Under the pieces are notes generated by a model, which made no database searches, was not told the origin of the DNA, and worked only from the letters and a program-made list of their open reading frames with translations. A program made the position numbers and the translations under genes. From Squalus acanthias (Eukaryota), in the NCBI GenBank assembly GCA_030390025.1, contig CM059431.1:105030001-105094000 (forward strand): a stretch of 64,000 nucleotides of DNA, given 5' to 3'. This document shows positions 24,083 to 35,632 of the stretch, piece after piece (the first letter of the stretch is position 1; each line of letters starts with the position of its first letter).

Positions 24083-25430
24083 CAATCATCAGCAAAGTGA
24101 TGGAAGGTGTCATCGACAGTGCTATCAAGCGGCACTTACTCACGAATAACCTGCTCACTGATGCCCAGTTTGGGTTCCGCCAAGACCACTCGGCTCCCGA
24201 CCTCATTACAGCCTTGGTCCAAACATGGACAAAGGAATTGAATTCCAGAGGTGAGTTGAGAGTGACTGCCCTTGCCATCAAGGCAGCATTTGACCGAGTG
24301 TGGCATCAAGGAGCCCTAGTAAAACTGAAGTCAATGGGAAGCAGGGGGAAAACTCTCCACTGGCTGGAGTCATACAAAGGAAGATGGTTGTGGTGATTGA
24401 AGGTCAATCACCACAGCCCCAGGACATCGCTGCAGGAGTTCCTCAGGGCAGTGTCCTAGGCCCAACCATCTTCAGCTGTTTCATCAATGACCTTCCCTCC
24501 AACATAAGGTCAGAAATGGGGATGTTCGCTGATGACTGCACAGTGTTCAGCGCCATTCACAACTCCTCAGATAATGAAGCAGTTCATGTCCGCATGCAAC
24601 AAGACCTGGACGACGTTCAGGCTTGGGCTGATAAGTGGCAGGTAACATTTGCGGCACAGAAGTGCTAGGCAATGACTATCTCCAACAAGCGAGAATCTAA
24701 CCACCTCCCCTTGACATTCAACAGCATTACCATCATCGAATCTCCCACCATCAACATCCTGGGGGTCACCATTGACCAGAAACTTAACTGGACCAGCCAC
24801 ATAAATACTGTGGCAACAAGAGCAGGTCGAAGGTTAGGTATTCTGCAGAGAGTGTCTCACCTCCTGACTCCCCAAAGCCTTTCCACCATCTACAAGGCGC
24901 AAGTAAGGAGTGTAATGGAATACTCTCCACTTGACTGGATGAGTGCAGCTGCAACAACACTCAAGAAGCTTGACACCATCCCGGACAAAGCAGCCCGTTT
25001 GATTGGCACCCCATCTACCACCTTAAACATTCACTCCCTCCACCACCGGCGTACCATGGCTGCAGTGTGTACCATCTACAAGATGCACTGCAGCAACTTG
25101 CCAAGGCTTCTTTGGCAGCACCTCCCAAACCCACGACCTCTTCCACCTAGAAGGAGAAGGGCAGCAGATGCATGGGAACACCACCACCTCCAAGTTCCCC
25201 TCCAAGTCACACACCATCCTGACTTAGAAGTATATCGCCGATCCTTCATCGTCACTGGGTCAAAATCCTGGAACTCCCTCCCTAACAACACTGTGGGAGT
25301 ACCATCACCACACGGACTGCAGCGTTTCAAGAAGGCGGCTCACCACCACCTTCTCAAGGGCAACTAGGGATGGGCAATAAATGCTGGCCTTGCCAGCGAC
25401 GCACAGATCCCATAAACGAATAAAAAAAAC
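24083..25430 (+). mobile_element. CR1-group LINE (second family), RT to 3' end
   Basis: QFGFR, KAAFDRVWH, GVPQGSVLGP, FADD motifs with frameshift and stop; 3' UTR GGGATGGGCAATAAATG and A-rich tail. Confidence 0.9.
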
Positions 25431-25684
25431 AAACAAACCTTATAGATTATTACAATTCAGGCTTCTCCCAACAGTTTATTCATTCTTCAAAGACAGGCCC
25501 ACACTTCCTATGCACAAAATCTTAATATTATGAATAAAGTGACTTGGAATAATGTGCCTCAGGGTTAACCATCCCCATTTTAACAAAATAGGTTGCATAC
25601 TGTACATTACTCGACAGTAAATAGAAAAACACTATGTTGGCAGAGCATATAGTTCAAATTAAAACCACAAAATTAATTTATTAT

Positions 25685-26150
25685 GTGTCAGCTGTGGCTC
25701 AGTGGGTAGCACTCTCACCTCTAAGTCAGAAGGTTGTGGTTTCAAGTCCCACTCCAGGGACTCGAGCACATAAAGCTAGGCTGACACTCCCAGTGCAGTG
25801 CTGAAGGAGCGCTGCACTGTCAGAGGTACCGTCTTTCAGATGAGACGCTAAACCGAGACCCCCCGTCTGCTCTCTCAGGTGGACGTAAAAGATCCCATGG
25901 CACTATTTCAAAGAAGAGCAGGAGAGTTATCCCCAGTGTCCTGGGCCAATATTTATCCTTCAATCAACATCACTAAAACAGATTATCTGGTCATTATCAT
26001 ATGGCTGTTTGTGGGAGCTTGCTGTGCGCAAATTGGCTGCCACGTTTCCCACATTACAACAGTGACTGCACGCCAAAAAGTACTTCATTGGCTGTAAAGC
26101 GCTTTGAGACGTCCGGTGGTCGTGAAAGGCGCTGTATAAATGCAAGTCTT
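25685..26150 (+). mobile_element. Deu-SINE, full length
   Basis: tRNA head, Deu core and L2 tail. Confidence 0.9.
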
Positions 26151-26941
26151 ATTTTCGTTCTTCTTTCTATGTAAGATATATTGAAAAAACATACAACGCC
26201 ATAATCTCAGCGTTTGCAGAAGGATGGGGCTGGACTTCTGCCTTATAAAGGAGAATAACTTCAACAATTAGCCTCAAACCTATGACTCATGTTGGCTCTT
26301 GCCAATAAAACCTGTCAGATGGATTCACAACCCAAGTCTCATCTGCTGCCTCACCACCACCCACATATGAACACCACTCACTATTTTCCTCTCGCGTAAC
26401 AGCTGGCCATTTTACAAACTTATTAAAAAAGTAAGTTTCTAATCGGCATCCATGCGCATTATTCAAATGGCATCAAAATGATGCAACGCCTCAATTTTTA
26501 CGATCAATATCAATCATTGGTCCTTACAAAAGGCATCAAAAAAAATCAGCTTCAAGGGTTTAACTGCGCTGTAAAATGCTCCACTGAATAAAATATGATG
26601 CCATCTTACTTTCTGTTGTCCACATAGTTTTTTGTTTCCATTCTGTTTGATGTGCAGCACAGTGACACAATCGTGTTGCACGATGCAAAGATAAAGGGAG
26701 TAATGAAAGGTTGATTTTTCAAGGGGTAATGTATTTTCTGGGCAGGCAGAAAAAAGCAAGGGATGCAACGTATCACTTCCTGTGGTGGGATCATATACAA
26801 TGGGGTTTCTGTGATCAAAGATGTGTTTCAAACTGAATTACCCCTACCATGTTAAATGTTTGGAAAAGAATTGATGGAACGGTTTGCCAAGCACTTTAAT
26901 GAAGACTGCTCACCTCTGACTGGCATACTTAGTGTAGTTTG

Positions 26942-27583
26942 GGACCAGCCACATAAATACCGTGGCTACAAGAGCAGGTCAGAGGCTGGGTATTCTGCCG
27001 CGAGCGTCTCACCTCCTGACTCCCCAAAGCCTTTTTCACCATCTACAAGGCGCAAGTCAGGAGTGTGATGGAATACTCTCCACTTGCCTGGATGAGTGCA
27101 GCTCCAACAACACTCAAGAAGCTCGACACCATCCAGGACAAAGCAGCCCGCTTGATCGGCACCCCATCCTTCACCTTAAACATTGACTCCCTCCACCACC
27201 GGCGTACTGTGGCTGCAGTGTGTACCATCTACAAGATGCACTGCAGCAACTCGCCAAGGCTTCTTCGACAGCACCTCCCAAACCCGCGACCTCTACCACC
27301 TAGAATGACAAGGGCAGCAGGCGCATGGGAACACCATCACCTCCAAGTTCCCCTCCAAGTCACACACCATCCTGACTTGGAAATAAATCGCCGTTCCTTC
27401 ATCGTCGCTGGGTCAAAATTCTGGAACTCGCTCCCTAAAAGCACTATGGGAGTACCTTTACCACAAGGACTGCAGCGGTTCAAGAAGGCGGCTCACCACC
27501 ACCTTCTCGAGGGCAATTAGGGATGGGCAATAAACATTGGCCTAGCCAGCTATGCCCAGATCCCAGAAACAAATTAAAAAAAA
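26942..27583 (+). mobile_element. CR1-group LINE (second family) 3' fragment
   Basis: Near-identical to 24790-25430. Confidence 0.9.
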
Positions 27584-28995
27584 GTTTTACAAGTAGGCTA
27601 CTATCAGAGAGGATGAGGAGGCACCTGCCACATTTTTCCACATGGCTAGGAGAAAGAAGCAGGGAGATGGAGTGGAGAGGTAAGGATGGGGTGTTTAATG
27701 GGGTGACCTGGGATAGGGGTTGGATGTAGGCGAGTATCTGTTGAGGTAACTTTTGTGAAAGTGATGTTCCAGTTGGTCTGTTGACTAAAAATTATCAAGT
27801 GTGAAGTATCAAAGTGCTCAAAATTTTCAAGGGAGCATTTCCCAGACCTCTTGTAAATGCAGCAGACAATTTTTAATTTAATTTTTGTGTTTCCATCGTC
27901 AGGATTTCATGTACTTATGCTTTTTTTAAAACCATCCAATACAAGTGAAGGGATGGAGAGGAGGAGAGGCGAAAACTGAGGGGGCAAAGGCCAGGTGCTT
28001 CTTATTATCATTCTCTTGTCCATATTCTGGCTTGCACAGTTACAACCTATATTTTAATGCAGTGAATCGTGCCAATGTGTCGGCCAATGAGTTTGAGGTG
28101 GAGCGGTACTTATGGTTTTAAATTTACTCATGAACTGCGGCAAACAGAGTCTCCCAAGTAAGACAGGATTATCTCCAGCAAAATGCAGTGAGCGAAGGAT
28201 AGTTACATAATACAAATTGTGTGCGTAAAATCAACCCCAGTCACTCACAGCAGTGCAGTCTCCAGGCGTGACTGACGGGGGAATTACACTATCATCTCCG
28301 TTCTGGCCGGGTGTCACTGCATGGGAGAATTATGATGAATTTATTTGACCACTAACCTATTTTAAGACTGTGACATTCCTGAATATTAATTCCCTACCTA
28401 ACACCAGCATGGGGACACAATTGCGCCCCATCACTCCCTCCTCAGGGGAACTAAGGACAGGCAATAGAATGTGGCCTTCCCAGCATTGTCCTCATACTGA
28501 GAAAAAAAGACACAATTTGTTGTATGTCTGTTTGAAATCAGTGCTGCTTATATCAAATTTTGCAACTAATTCTAATAATTGTGATACAAATAAAATATAT
28601 AATACTTGCATTTATGTCGCAACTCAGCAGGAGTATTGTGGAGATTTCTGGGCACCACACTTCAGGAAAGATGTAAGGGCCTCAGAAAGGGTGCAGAGGA
28701 GGTTTACCAGGATGTTACCAGGGATCAGGGACTTCAGTAATGAGGAGAGGTTGGAAAAGTTCAGAATGTTCTCCCTGGAACAGAGAAGGTTAAGAGGCGA
28801 CCTGATAGAGGTTTTCAAGATGATGAGAGGTTTCGATAGAGTAGAGAGAGAAAGACTATTCCCCCTGGCGAGTGGGTCAATAACCAGAGATCACAGATTC
28901 AAAATCATTGGTAAAAAGATCTAGAGGGGAATGAGGAGAAGTCTTTTCACTCAGAGAGATGTCAGGATCTGGAACGCTTGACCTGAAAAGGTGGT

Positions 28996-29230
28996 CATGA
29001 TATGGAGATGCCGGTGTTGGACTGGGGTGGACAAAAGTGAGAAGTCGCACAACACCAGGTTATAGTCCAACAGCTTTATTTGAAATCACAAGCTTTCGGA
29101 GCGCTGCTCCTTCGTCAGGTGAAGTGAAGTGATGCATATAGGCAGAGCATATATAGTCAGAGAACTCCCCTCTAGATCTTTCAAATAAAGCTGTTGGACT
29201 ATAACCTGGTGTTGTGCGACTTCTCACATT
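28996..29230. mobile_element. Penelope-like element (family 1) with partial inverted pLTR
   Basis: TSD TGAAAAG(G/C)TGGT at 28984-28995 and 29231-29242; ~50-bp inverted terminal arm. Confidence 0.85.
29086..29122 (-). ncRNA. Minimal hammerhead ribozyme (PLE)
   Basis: Identical to the motif at 18373-18409. Confidence 0.8.
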
Positions 29231-29703
29231 TGAAAAGCTGGTGGAAGCTGATTCCATCAATAATTTTAAAAGGGAGTTGGACAGGTTCTGGAGGATGAGG
29301 AGCTCACAGGGTTACGGACAAAAAGCGGGGATGTGGGACTAAGCACGACGGCTCTTTCAAAGAGCCAGCACAGGCACGACGGGCCGAATGGCCTCCTCCT
29401 GTGCTATAAGTTTCTATGATTCTATAACTTTATCACACTGAAACTTCTCAATACATCTCATACAGTTATTACTTTGAAGTGCAGTTACAGCTTTATGTCG
29501 CCAAATGATTCAACCATTCAGCACCAGCAACGTCTCACAGCAGCCAGGAGGTGAACTACCACAGTTAATCTGTGGTACTGGTTCAGAGGGAAACACAAGC
29601 CAGGAAACCAGGAGAATTCGCTAATCTTCTTCAAATAGTGCCATGGATTCTTTAACAACTTCCTGTATCACCAGAATTGGCAGATGAGGACATTCAGCTT
29701 AAT

Positions 29704-30476
29704 GAACTAAAATTTACTGTAGTCGCCCAACAAACATCACCCGCTGTTAGTAAGACTTGCCCTTGCACAGTTAATCTCCATAATATTTTATGCAGCAAGT
29801 TGCTGGAAGTGGGTGATGGAAACAGCGCTGCGCCCTCTACAGGGCATCTGGGACCTGAGTGAACAGGACAAGCAACTGCGTATCTCCTTAACCAATCAGA
29901 TTAAAGAATCGTTAATAAACAGCCTAAGGTCTGAACCAGGAAGTGTCAGTTAGAATATTTAATTCAATGTCAAATCAGGAGCAGAAAGCAAAATAAAGAG
30001 GGAAAGAAAGATTGGATTAAGAGAAAGAGAAAAAAAGAGAGAGAAAGAAAAAGTTTTAAAAACATTAATTAGAATTTTATTTTGAAATCTCCAACAACAA
30101 TTAGATTTTGAAGGAATGAGACCACACACTTGTAAAAGTTAATTTTCAGCGCCAGAGAGGTTGTTTGGCAGTAATTAAGGCTTATCACGCCGTTGAAAAG
30201 GTACTTAGACTGAAATGGACAAGTCCTAACTTTCTGCGGTGAGTTTAGCTCGTATCTCCCATGCAAGTACAGCAATTTCACGCTATTCAATTCATTTCAA
30301 TGGTGAGGCAGACGGTGAGATGCTGTTTTCGGGAAGCTAACGGTGTTGCATCTCCAACAGCAACTTCTCAATTTCCACGTTTAACCGCCCCTCGCCTGAA
30401 GTTGCCGTGCGATTTGCGCTTAGATTAAAGCGAGCGCCATGAGCGTGACCCTTATTTTCACAGTAAACTCTGGCCC
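29704..30476. mobile_element. Older Harbinger-type MITE inserted in a decayed Deu-SINE (~29460-29703 and 30480-30535, minus strand)
   Basis: Imperfect TIR GAACTAAAATTTACTGT / ACAGTAAACTCTGGCCC; SINE sequence joins across it. Confidence 0.6.
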
Positions 30477-31474
30477 ATTATCTCATCCAAATGATGGCAG
30501 CTCGAAAAATACATTGCATGCCTGAAGTGTCAGTACAAGCAAAACAGCCGCGGCGATGATTTTCTCTTGTCACTAAGCATAACAATTCCGTAAACACACT
30601 CGGGAAGATTTCCTTTGGTCGGCGTTTATGAACACATCAGGAATGGACTCTTTCTGAAATTGTTTTCTGTGGCCGTAACAACCGAACCAAATCTACCCGA
30701 GTGCGTTTGTGATATTGGTACAAAAAGCAGCAAGAGAAAATCATCCTCATGTACCAGTTCTGAGCAGTTATCAAACCACCATTGTAGATTCCTCGTTATA
30801 TGAGAGGACTGGTGTGCTTTTTACAGCAACAAAAAAAAATAATAAGCACACAATGTATCTTCACCCTCTTCTCAGTGTCAATTAGAACTGCCTGGTGTGA
30901 CACCAGTTATTGTGATAAATCTTCCCTTAGAAACAAAGTTTAGTCACAGAATAGTCAGCTCATCCATATTCAATTCAGCACAATTAAAAATGTAAAAATG
31001 TGAAATGCTATGTACTTGCGACCAGGCTGTTGGTGATGGAATCCCGATATCAGCAGTCCTTGCCATCAACCGCGCTAATTAAGCCATAGTGATCTTTTAA
31101 GATTAAATGCATTATTCTCATTCCCACATCACATTAACTTGCTCATCAAATTAATGCAAAAGTACAGTACTAATGGCTGTGAATGCCTATAATGTGGTGA
31201 TTTGATTGCTCAAATGGTGCTACAATATCCTTTAATTGCCATTAGATAGTTTTACTGCACTTTGCAAATCTTTGATGTATGCCAACTGAACTAGTTACCT
31301 CAAGTAGCAGAAAGCAGGCTCAGGGATTAAGGTTATTTTATCTTTAGTATTAAACTAGTAAGGTTTGTTAATATCAGTCACACTTTTCCCGGTCAAAGAA
31401 GAACTAACCTTACTAGGAATCTATTGCACTGGCCTCTTGTCCATCCTCCACAACCTTCCACCCACAACCTTCTC

Positions 31475-31648
31475 CCAACATTGGTGACTGCGCCTTCAGC
31501 TGCCTTAGGCCTTAAACTCTGGAATTCCCTCCCTAAACCTCTCCTTCTTTGGCTCGGTGTCAATTTTTGCCTGACTTACGCTCCTGTGAAGCACCTTTGA
31601 GATGTTTTAATACGATAAGGGCGCTATACAAACACAAGTTGTTGTTGA
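31475..31648 (+). mobile_element. L2 LINE 3' tail fragment
   Basis: GCCTTCAGCTGCC...GGAATTCCCTCCC...(TGT)n tail. Confidence 0.8.
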
Positions 31649-31959
31649 TTTTCCAATCTTTTATTTCAGAAAAGAAATTTTGATTCTGTGGGAAGTCTTT
31701 GCTGCACAAAACTATCTAACCAATCAAACTGCGACCAATTTTTACTCAACTGAAGTATGATACAAATGCCAATGCTCCAATATATAATTGCAGCTAAATG
31801 CACTCCACATTAAGGAAACCTATGACTTTGATGTGCCATGGGGCTTCATTATTAGTTTTATACCACATTGTGAATGTCCATGAGATCCATTTAGACTGCC
31901 TGGAAATGAGTCGAGATGACGCATTTGGATCAACCATCACTTGCTAATCTAGGGCTGTA

Positions 31960-32330
31960 GGAGCATTCATTAGGCCTTGGGAATAGATCTAAGCACATAG
32001 GTGGTTAGATAAACTCTTAATACGGGGACATATTAACTGCTTTAAAATAAATACACAACCTGACGAATTACATCTTTTCAGCATTATATCTTGACATCCC
32101 AAGGACCTACTTTGATAAAATTAAAGCCATTTATTCACAGTTTCTATGGGGAAATAAGAAATCCTCAGATTAATATTGTCAAATTAAAATGGCATAAATG
32201 GAAAGAGGGATTGTGACTTACAGGCCCGTATTTATGTGATTTCTTATTTATGCTGCAAAGCTTTTGTGTTATTAGAAACAAAAACAATCAAACTGTTCTT
32301 CTGCCTGGCTGATATTTGAGGAGGAGACAC
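31960..32330 (+). pseudogene. Old L1-clade ORF2 fragment
   Basis: Translates in pieces to ...DIPRTYFDKIKAIYSQFLWGNKK/PQINIVKLKWHKWKEGL..., resembling the L1 F.W..K.PRI....L...K..GGL motif. Confidence 0.6.
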
Positions 32331-32639
32331 ATCCTATATCTTACTGATCTATTTTTTCTATTTAAAACCGCCTAAAGGATTTAGAGAACATGAAACTGGT
32401 TTCGCTCATGGTGATTCCTACAGGAATGTACAAAAACACAAATCTTCGGAGATGATGGTTCATCTATTCTGAGCGGTGAACTGCTGCTCTTTGATTTAGT
32501 GGCAAAGATGTTTATTCATTCTCAATCTGCAGATTAAATACAAATCCAAATCATTTACAATGGCATACATCATCAATAAATAACCTTAAAGTTGCATTGA
32601 ATGTACTTTAATGCTTCTTAAACTGTGAGCAAAACACGT

Positions 32640-32871
32640 CTACATAGAATTTACAGCACAGAAACAGGCCATTCGGTCCAACCGGTGTTTGTGCTCCACG
32701 CCGGCCTCCTCCCACCCTACTTCATCTCACCCTATCAGCATATCCTTCTATTCCTTTCTCCCTCGTGTACTTATCCAGCTTCCCCTTAAATTCATGAATG
32801 CTGATCACCCCAACTACTCCGCGTGGTAGCAAGTTCCACATTCTAACCACTCTCTGGGTAAAGAAATTTCT
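32640..32871 (-). mobile_element. CR1 LINE 3' fragment
   Basis: CR1 3' UTR matching 17230-17460. Confidence 0.8.
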
Positions 32872-32958
32872 TTATGTTGCAGTTTAGTGAAGATCCTCAC
32901 CTAGGAGTTGAAAACTGATTCGAAAAGGGATCATCAGTAAAGCCTTGCCCTTCATATT

Positions 32959-33808
32959 GGCCCAACATTTGCGTTTGGAGGCTTCCCACGACCGGACGCC
33001 TCCGGCCTATAAAATATCTACGCATTTACCTGGTGGCCCGGGAGATACGGAGACTGGCGATCCTGGGTCTCTCCGGGTATGCGCGGGCAGAGTCCCACGT
33101 GTCCCAGGGGCGCATGCGGTTCGCAATCACCCCTGGGATCATGTGGGCCGGCCCAATGTGGGCCGGCCTGATGAAAGGTCTTCGACCTGAAACGTTAACT
33201 CTGTTTCTCTCTCCACGGATGCTGCCTGGCCTGCTGAGTTTTTCCAGCGTTTTCTGTCGTTATTTTGGATTTCCAGCATCCGCAGTATTTTGCTATCGTA
33301 ATAAAAGAAGGGAATCCCCATTCATACTTATGGGAGATCCGTACGTACAGAATCCCCAGAAGTGTGAATGGGGATCACATTAAAAATACACCAACACATG
33401 AAATACATATTTTTTTAATTTCATATTTAAAAGTAATTAAAATGCCATTTAATTAAATATTTTAAACAATAATTTAACTTTTTGGAAAAAAAAATATGTT
33501 TTAACGGGGCTAAAAATAAACTTACTTTATTGGACAGGGTTTTTAATGTATAAATGAGTGATAACATTTCATTTTTCTATTTTTTAAAACTCTTATGCTG
33601 GTAAAAGCAGGCATAAGAATAGTGCAACTCTCCACCCGCAGAGGCCCATCTCTCGGTGATGCGGAGGATCTATCAAGAGGATTTTTGACAGATCGCAAGT
33701 GTCAGGTTTCAGCTCGTGCGCTTCGCATGCCTAAACCCGGAACTTGTGCGGCCCCTATGGGCGCGTACACACCTCGTACGCACCCGTGGGGGTCGGAAAA
33801 TACGGCCC
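32959..33808 (+). mobile_element. MITE family A, copy 2, carrying a PLE family 2 fragment at 33168-33297
   Basis: ATT/ATT TSD; homology to A1; insert begins at CTGATGA of the hammerhead. Confidence 0.85.
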
Positions 33809-34168
33809 ATTGTTGGGAATGAACTGTTTTTAACACCGCAAAACATAAACATATTACAGGTGCTACGAATAAGTGAATTGCTATTGTTTAAGTAAAATGA
33901 ATATACTTAAAAACATTTCCCTCATTTAATTTTGAAAATAATCCTAAGGAGTTTATCACACAAAATTCAAAATGAGCTGCAAGTAAATCAGCACCCTCTG
34001 TTTTTGTTATTAGAATGTAAAATAAATCTTGATTTTTAATTACATTTAATGAAATGGTAAATTAAATGGTTGATTTACCATTTACAGCCCTGGACAAGGA
34101 GAATAATAGGGAAGACAAGGCTATTGTAACCTCTGCAAAGAATTGTCTTTAAAAGGAAAAGACATATT

Positions 34169-34861
34169 GGCCTGGAAATTGCGGTCGGAGGCTTGCCGCC
34201 CGCGTGTGCCTCTGAACCACAAGACTGCTCCGTACTTACCTGCTGTCTCCGGAGCTTCAGAGTCTTCGGGTCCTGGGCCTGACTAAAGTCCCACGCATCC
34301 CCGGGGTGCAGGCGGTTCGCAAGCGTCCCTGGGATCACGTGGGCCAGGCCAACCACTTAGAAAGGGAGATTTCTATTATGCTTATGGGGATTCCATTTAA
34401 CGTACGCAATCCCCCATGAGCATAATAGAAATCACCTAATAAATAAGAATTCACAGCACTGAAATAAAAATAAATGATTGCAGGTTCAAAATTAATTAAA
34501 ATACCCTTTAATTAAACATTTTAAACAAAAATTTAATTTTTTGAAAAATAACTAAACATTTCAAACGGGTCAAAAATAACCTAAACTAAATTTTAAGTGT
34601 AATTGAATGTTTAAATCATTTAAAAAAACTTTATTTTAACATTTGTTTTAACCCTTACGCTGGTAAAAGGAGGTCTTACGCCTGCTTTTACCAGGCGCAA
34701 ATAGCCCAACTCTCCGCCGGCGAACGTGAATTTACAGCGGATGTGTACGATCTGTCAAGGAGAAACTCGACAGCTCGCAAGTTCCGGGTTTTCGCGCAGG
34801 AGACCCGGAACTTGCGGGGCGCTTACGACGGTGTACGTGCGTACGCTGTAAAATCCGGGCC
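34169..34861 (+). mobile_element. MITE family A, copy 3 (divergent subfamily)
   Basis: TIR GGCCTGGAAATT/AAATCCGGGCC; ATT/ATT TSD. Confidence 0.8.
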
Positions 34862-34969
34862 ATTAATACAAAGTATTTACACAAAAATACCCTCTTATTT
34901 ACAGAGATAGGTAACTTGATCAGCAAGTGCCAACACTGGTAACTATTTATTAATAGAATGCCTTCGTAG

Positions 34970-35138
34970 CAATGTTCCCTTTGCGGCCATGCAGCGCCTC
35001 TGCAGCTCCCGCGCAGCCGGCTCACCGGCTTACAAATAGGAATAACCGCGCATGCGCAGTATTTTGAATGGGCCGCGCAGCCCCTTGAAGGGGCCATGGA
35101 TCGCCCCCTCCCCCCCAAAAAAATTAAAGGGAACATTG
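34970..35138. mobile_element. hAT-type MITE (169 bp)
   Basis: Perfect TIR CAATGTTCCCTTT/AAAGGGAACATTG; 8-bp TSD CTTCGTAG/CTTCTTAG. Confidence 0.85.
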
Positions 35139-35632
35139 CTTCTTAGGTTTTTCATTTTGTTTTTACTGGAAGCCTTTCTCGTGTTTCCATTTGCAGGGTT
35201 TGTCCGCACAGTCCAGCAGGAACCGTGGTAGGAAAAGAAGTAACGTAGATTAAGGGAACTGCTCTTACTATGCCCAACACATCCCTTTAGAGACAGATTG
35301 CAGGTCTGATATTTCAGTGAAGGGATTCCAGTTTCTGACAGGTGTCAAACAATATTTATTAGATATTGATGAAAAACAAAACACGCGACATAACCTAGCC
35401 CCCAAAATCTCCTCCAAATTCCCAAACTGCTCAGAAAATATTGCCTGGAAATTCTGTGAGTGATGTTGCCATACAAATACTCATTTCAAATTCCTCTCTG
35501 TGCTACTTTCACACAGGCATTAATTTGTTTATACAAACAGTAACATCGCCACCATCACAGAAATTTAAATCACTGCTGAGTGTCCTACTCCACTGAACGC
35601 TGCTGTAAGGATTCTACAGTGAATTGATACCA

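Larger units (their letters stand above)
28628..29425 (+). mobile_element. CR1 LINE 3' fragment split by a PLE insertion
   Basis: FWAPHFRKDV...[10 protein letters not shown]...; resumes at 29231. Confidence 0.85.

Noticed and set aside
25685..25760. tRNA gene (also at other SINE heads)
   Set aside because: A/B boxes run directly into the Deu-SINE body; these are SINE heads
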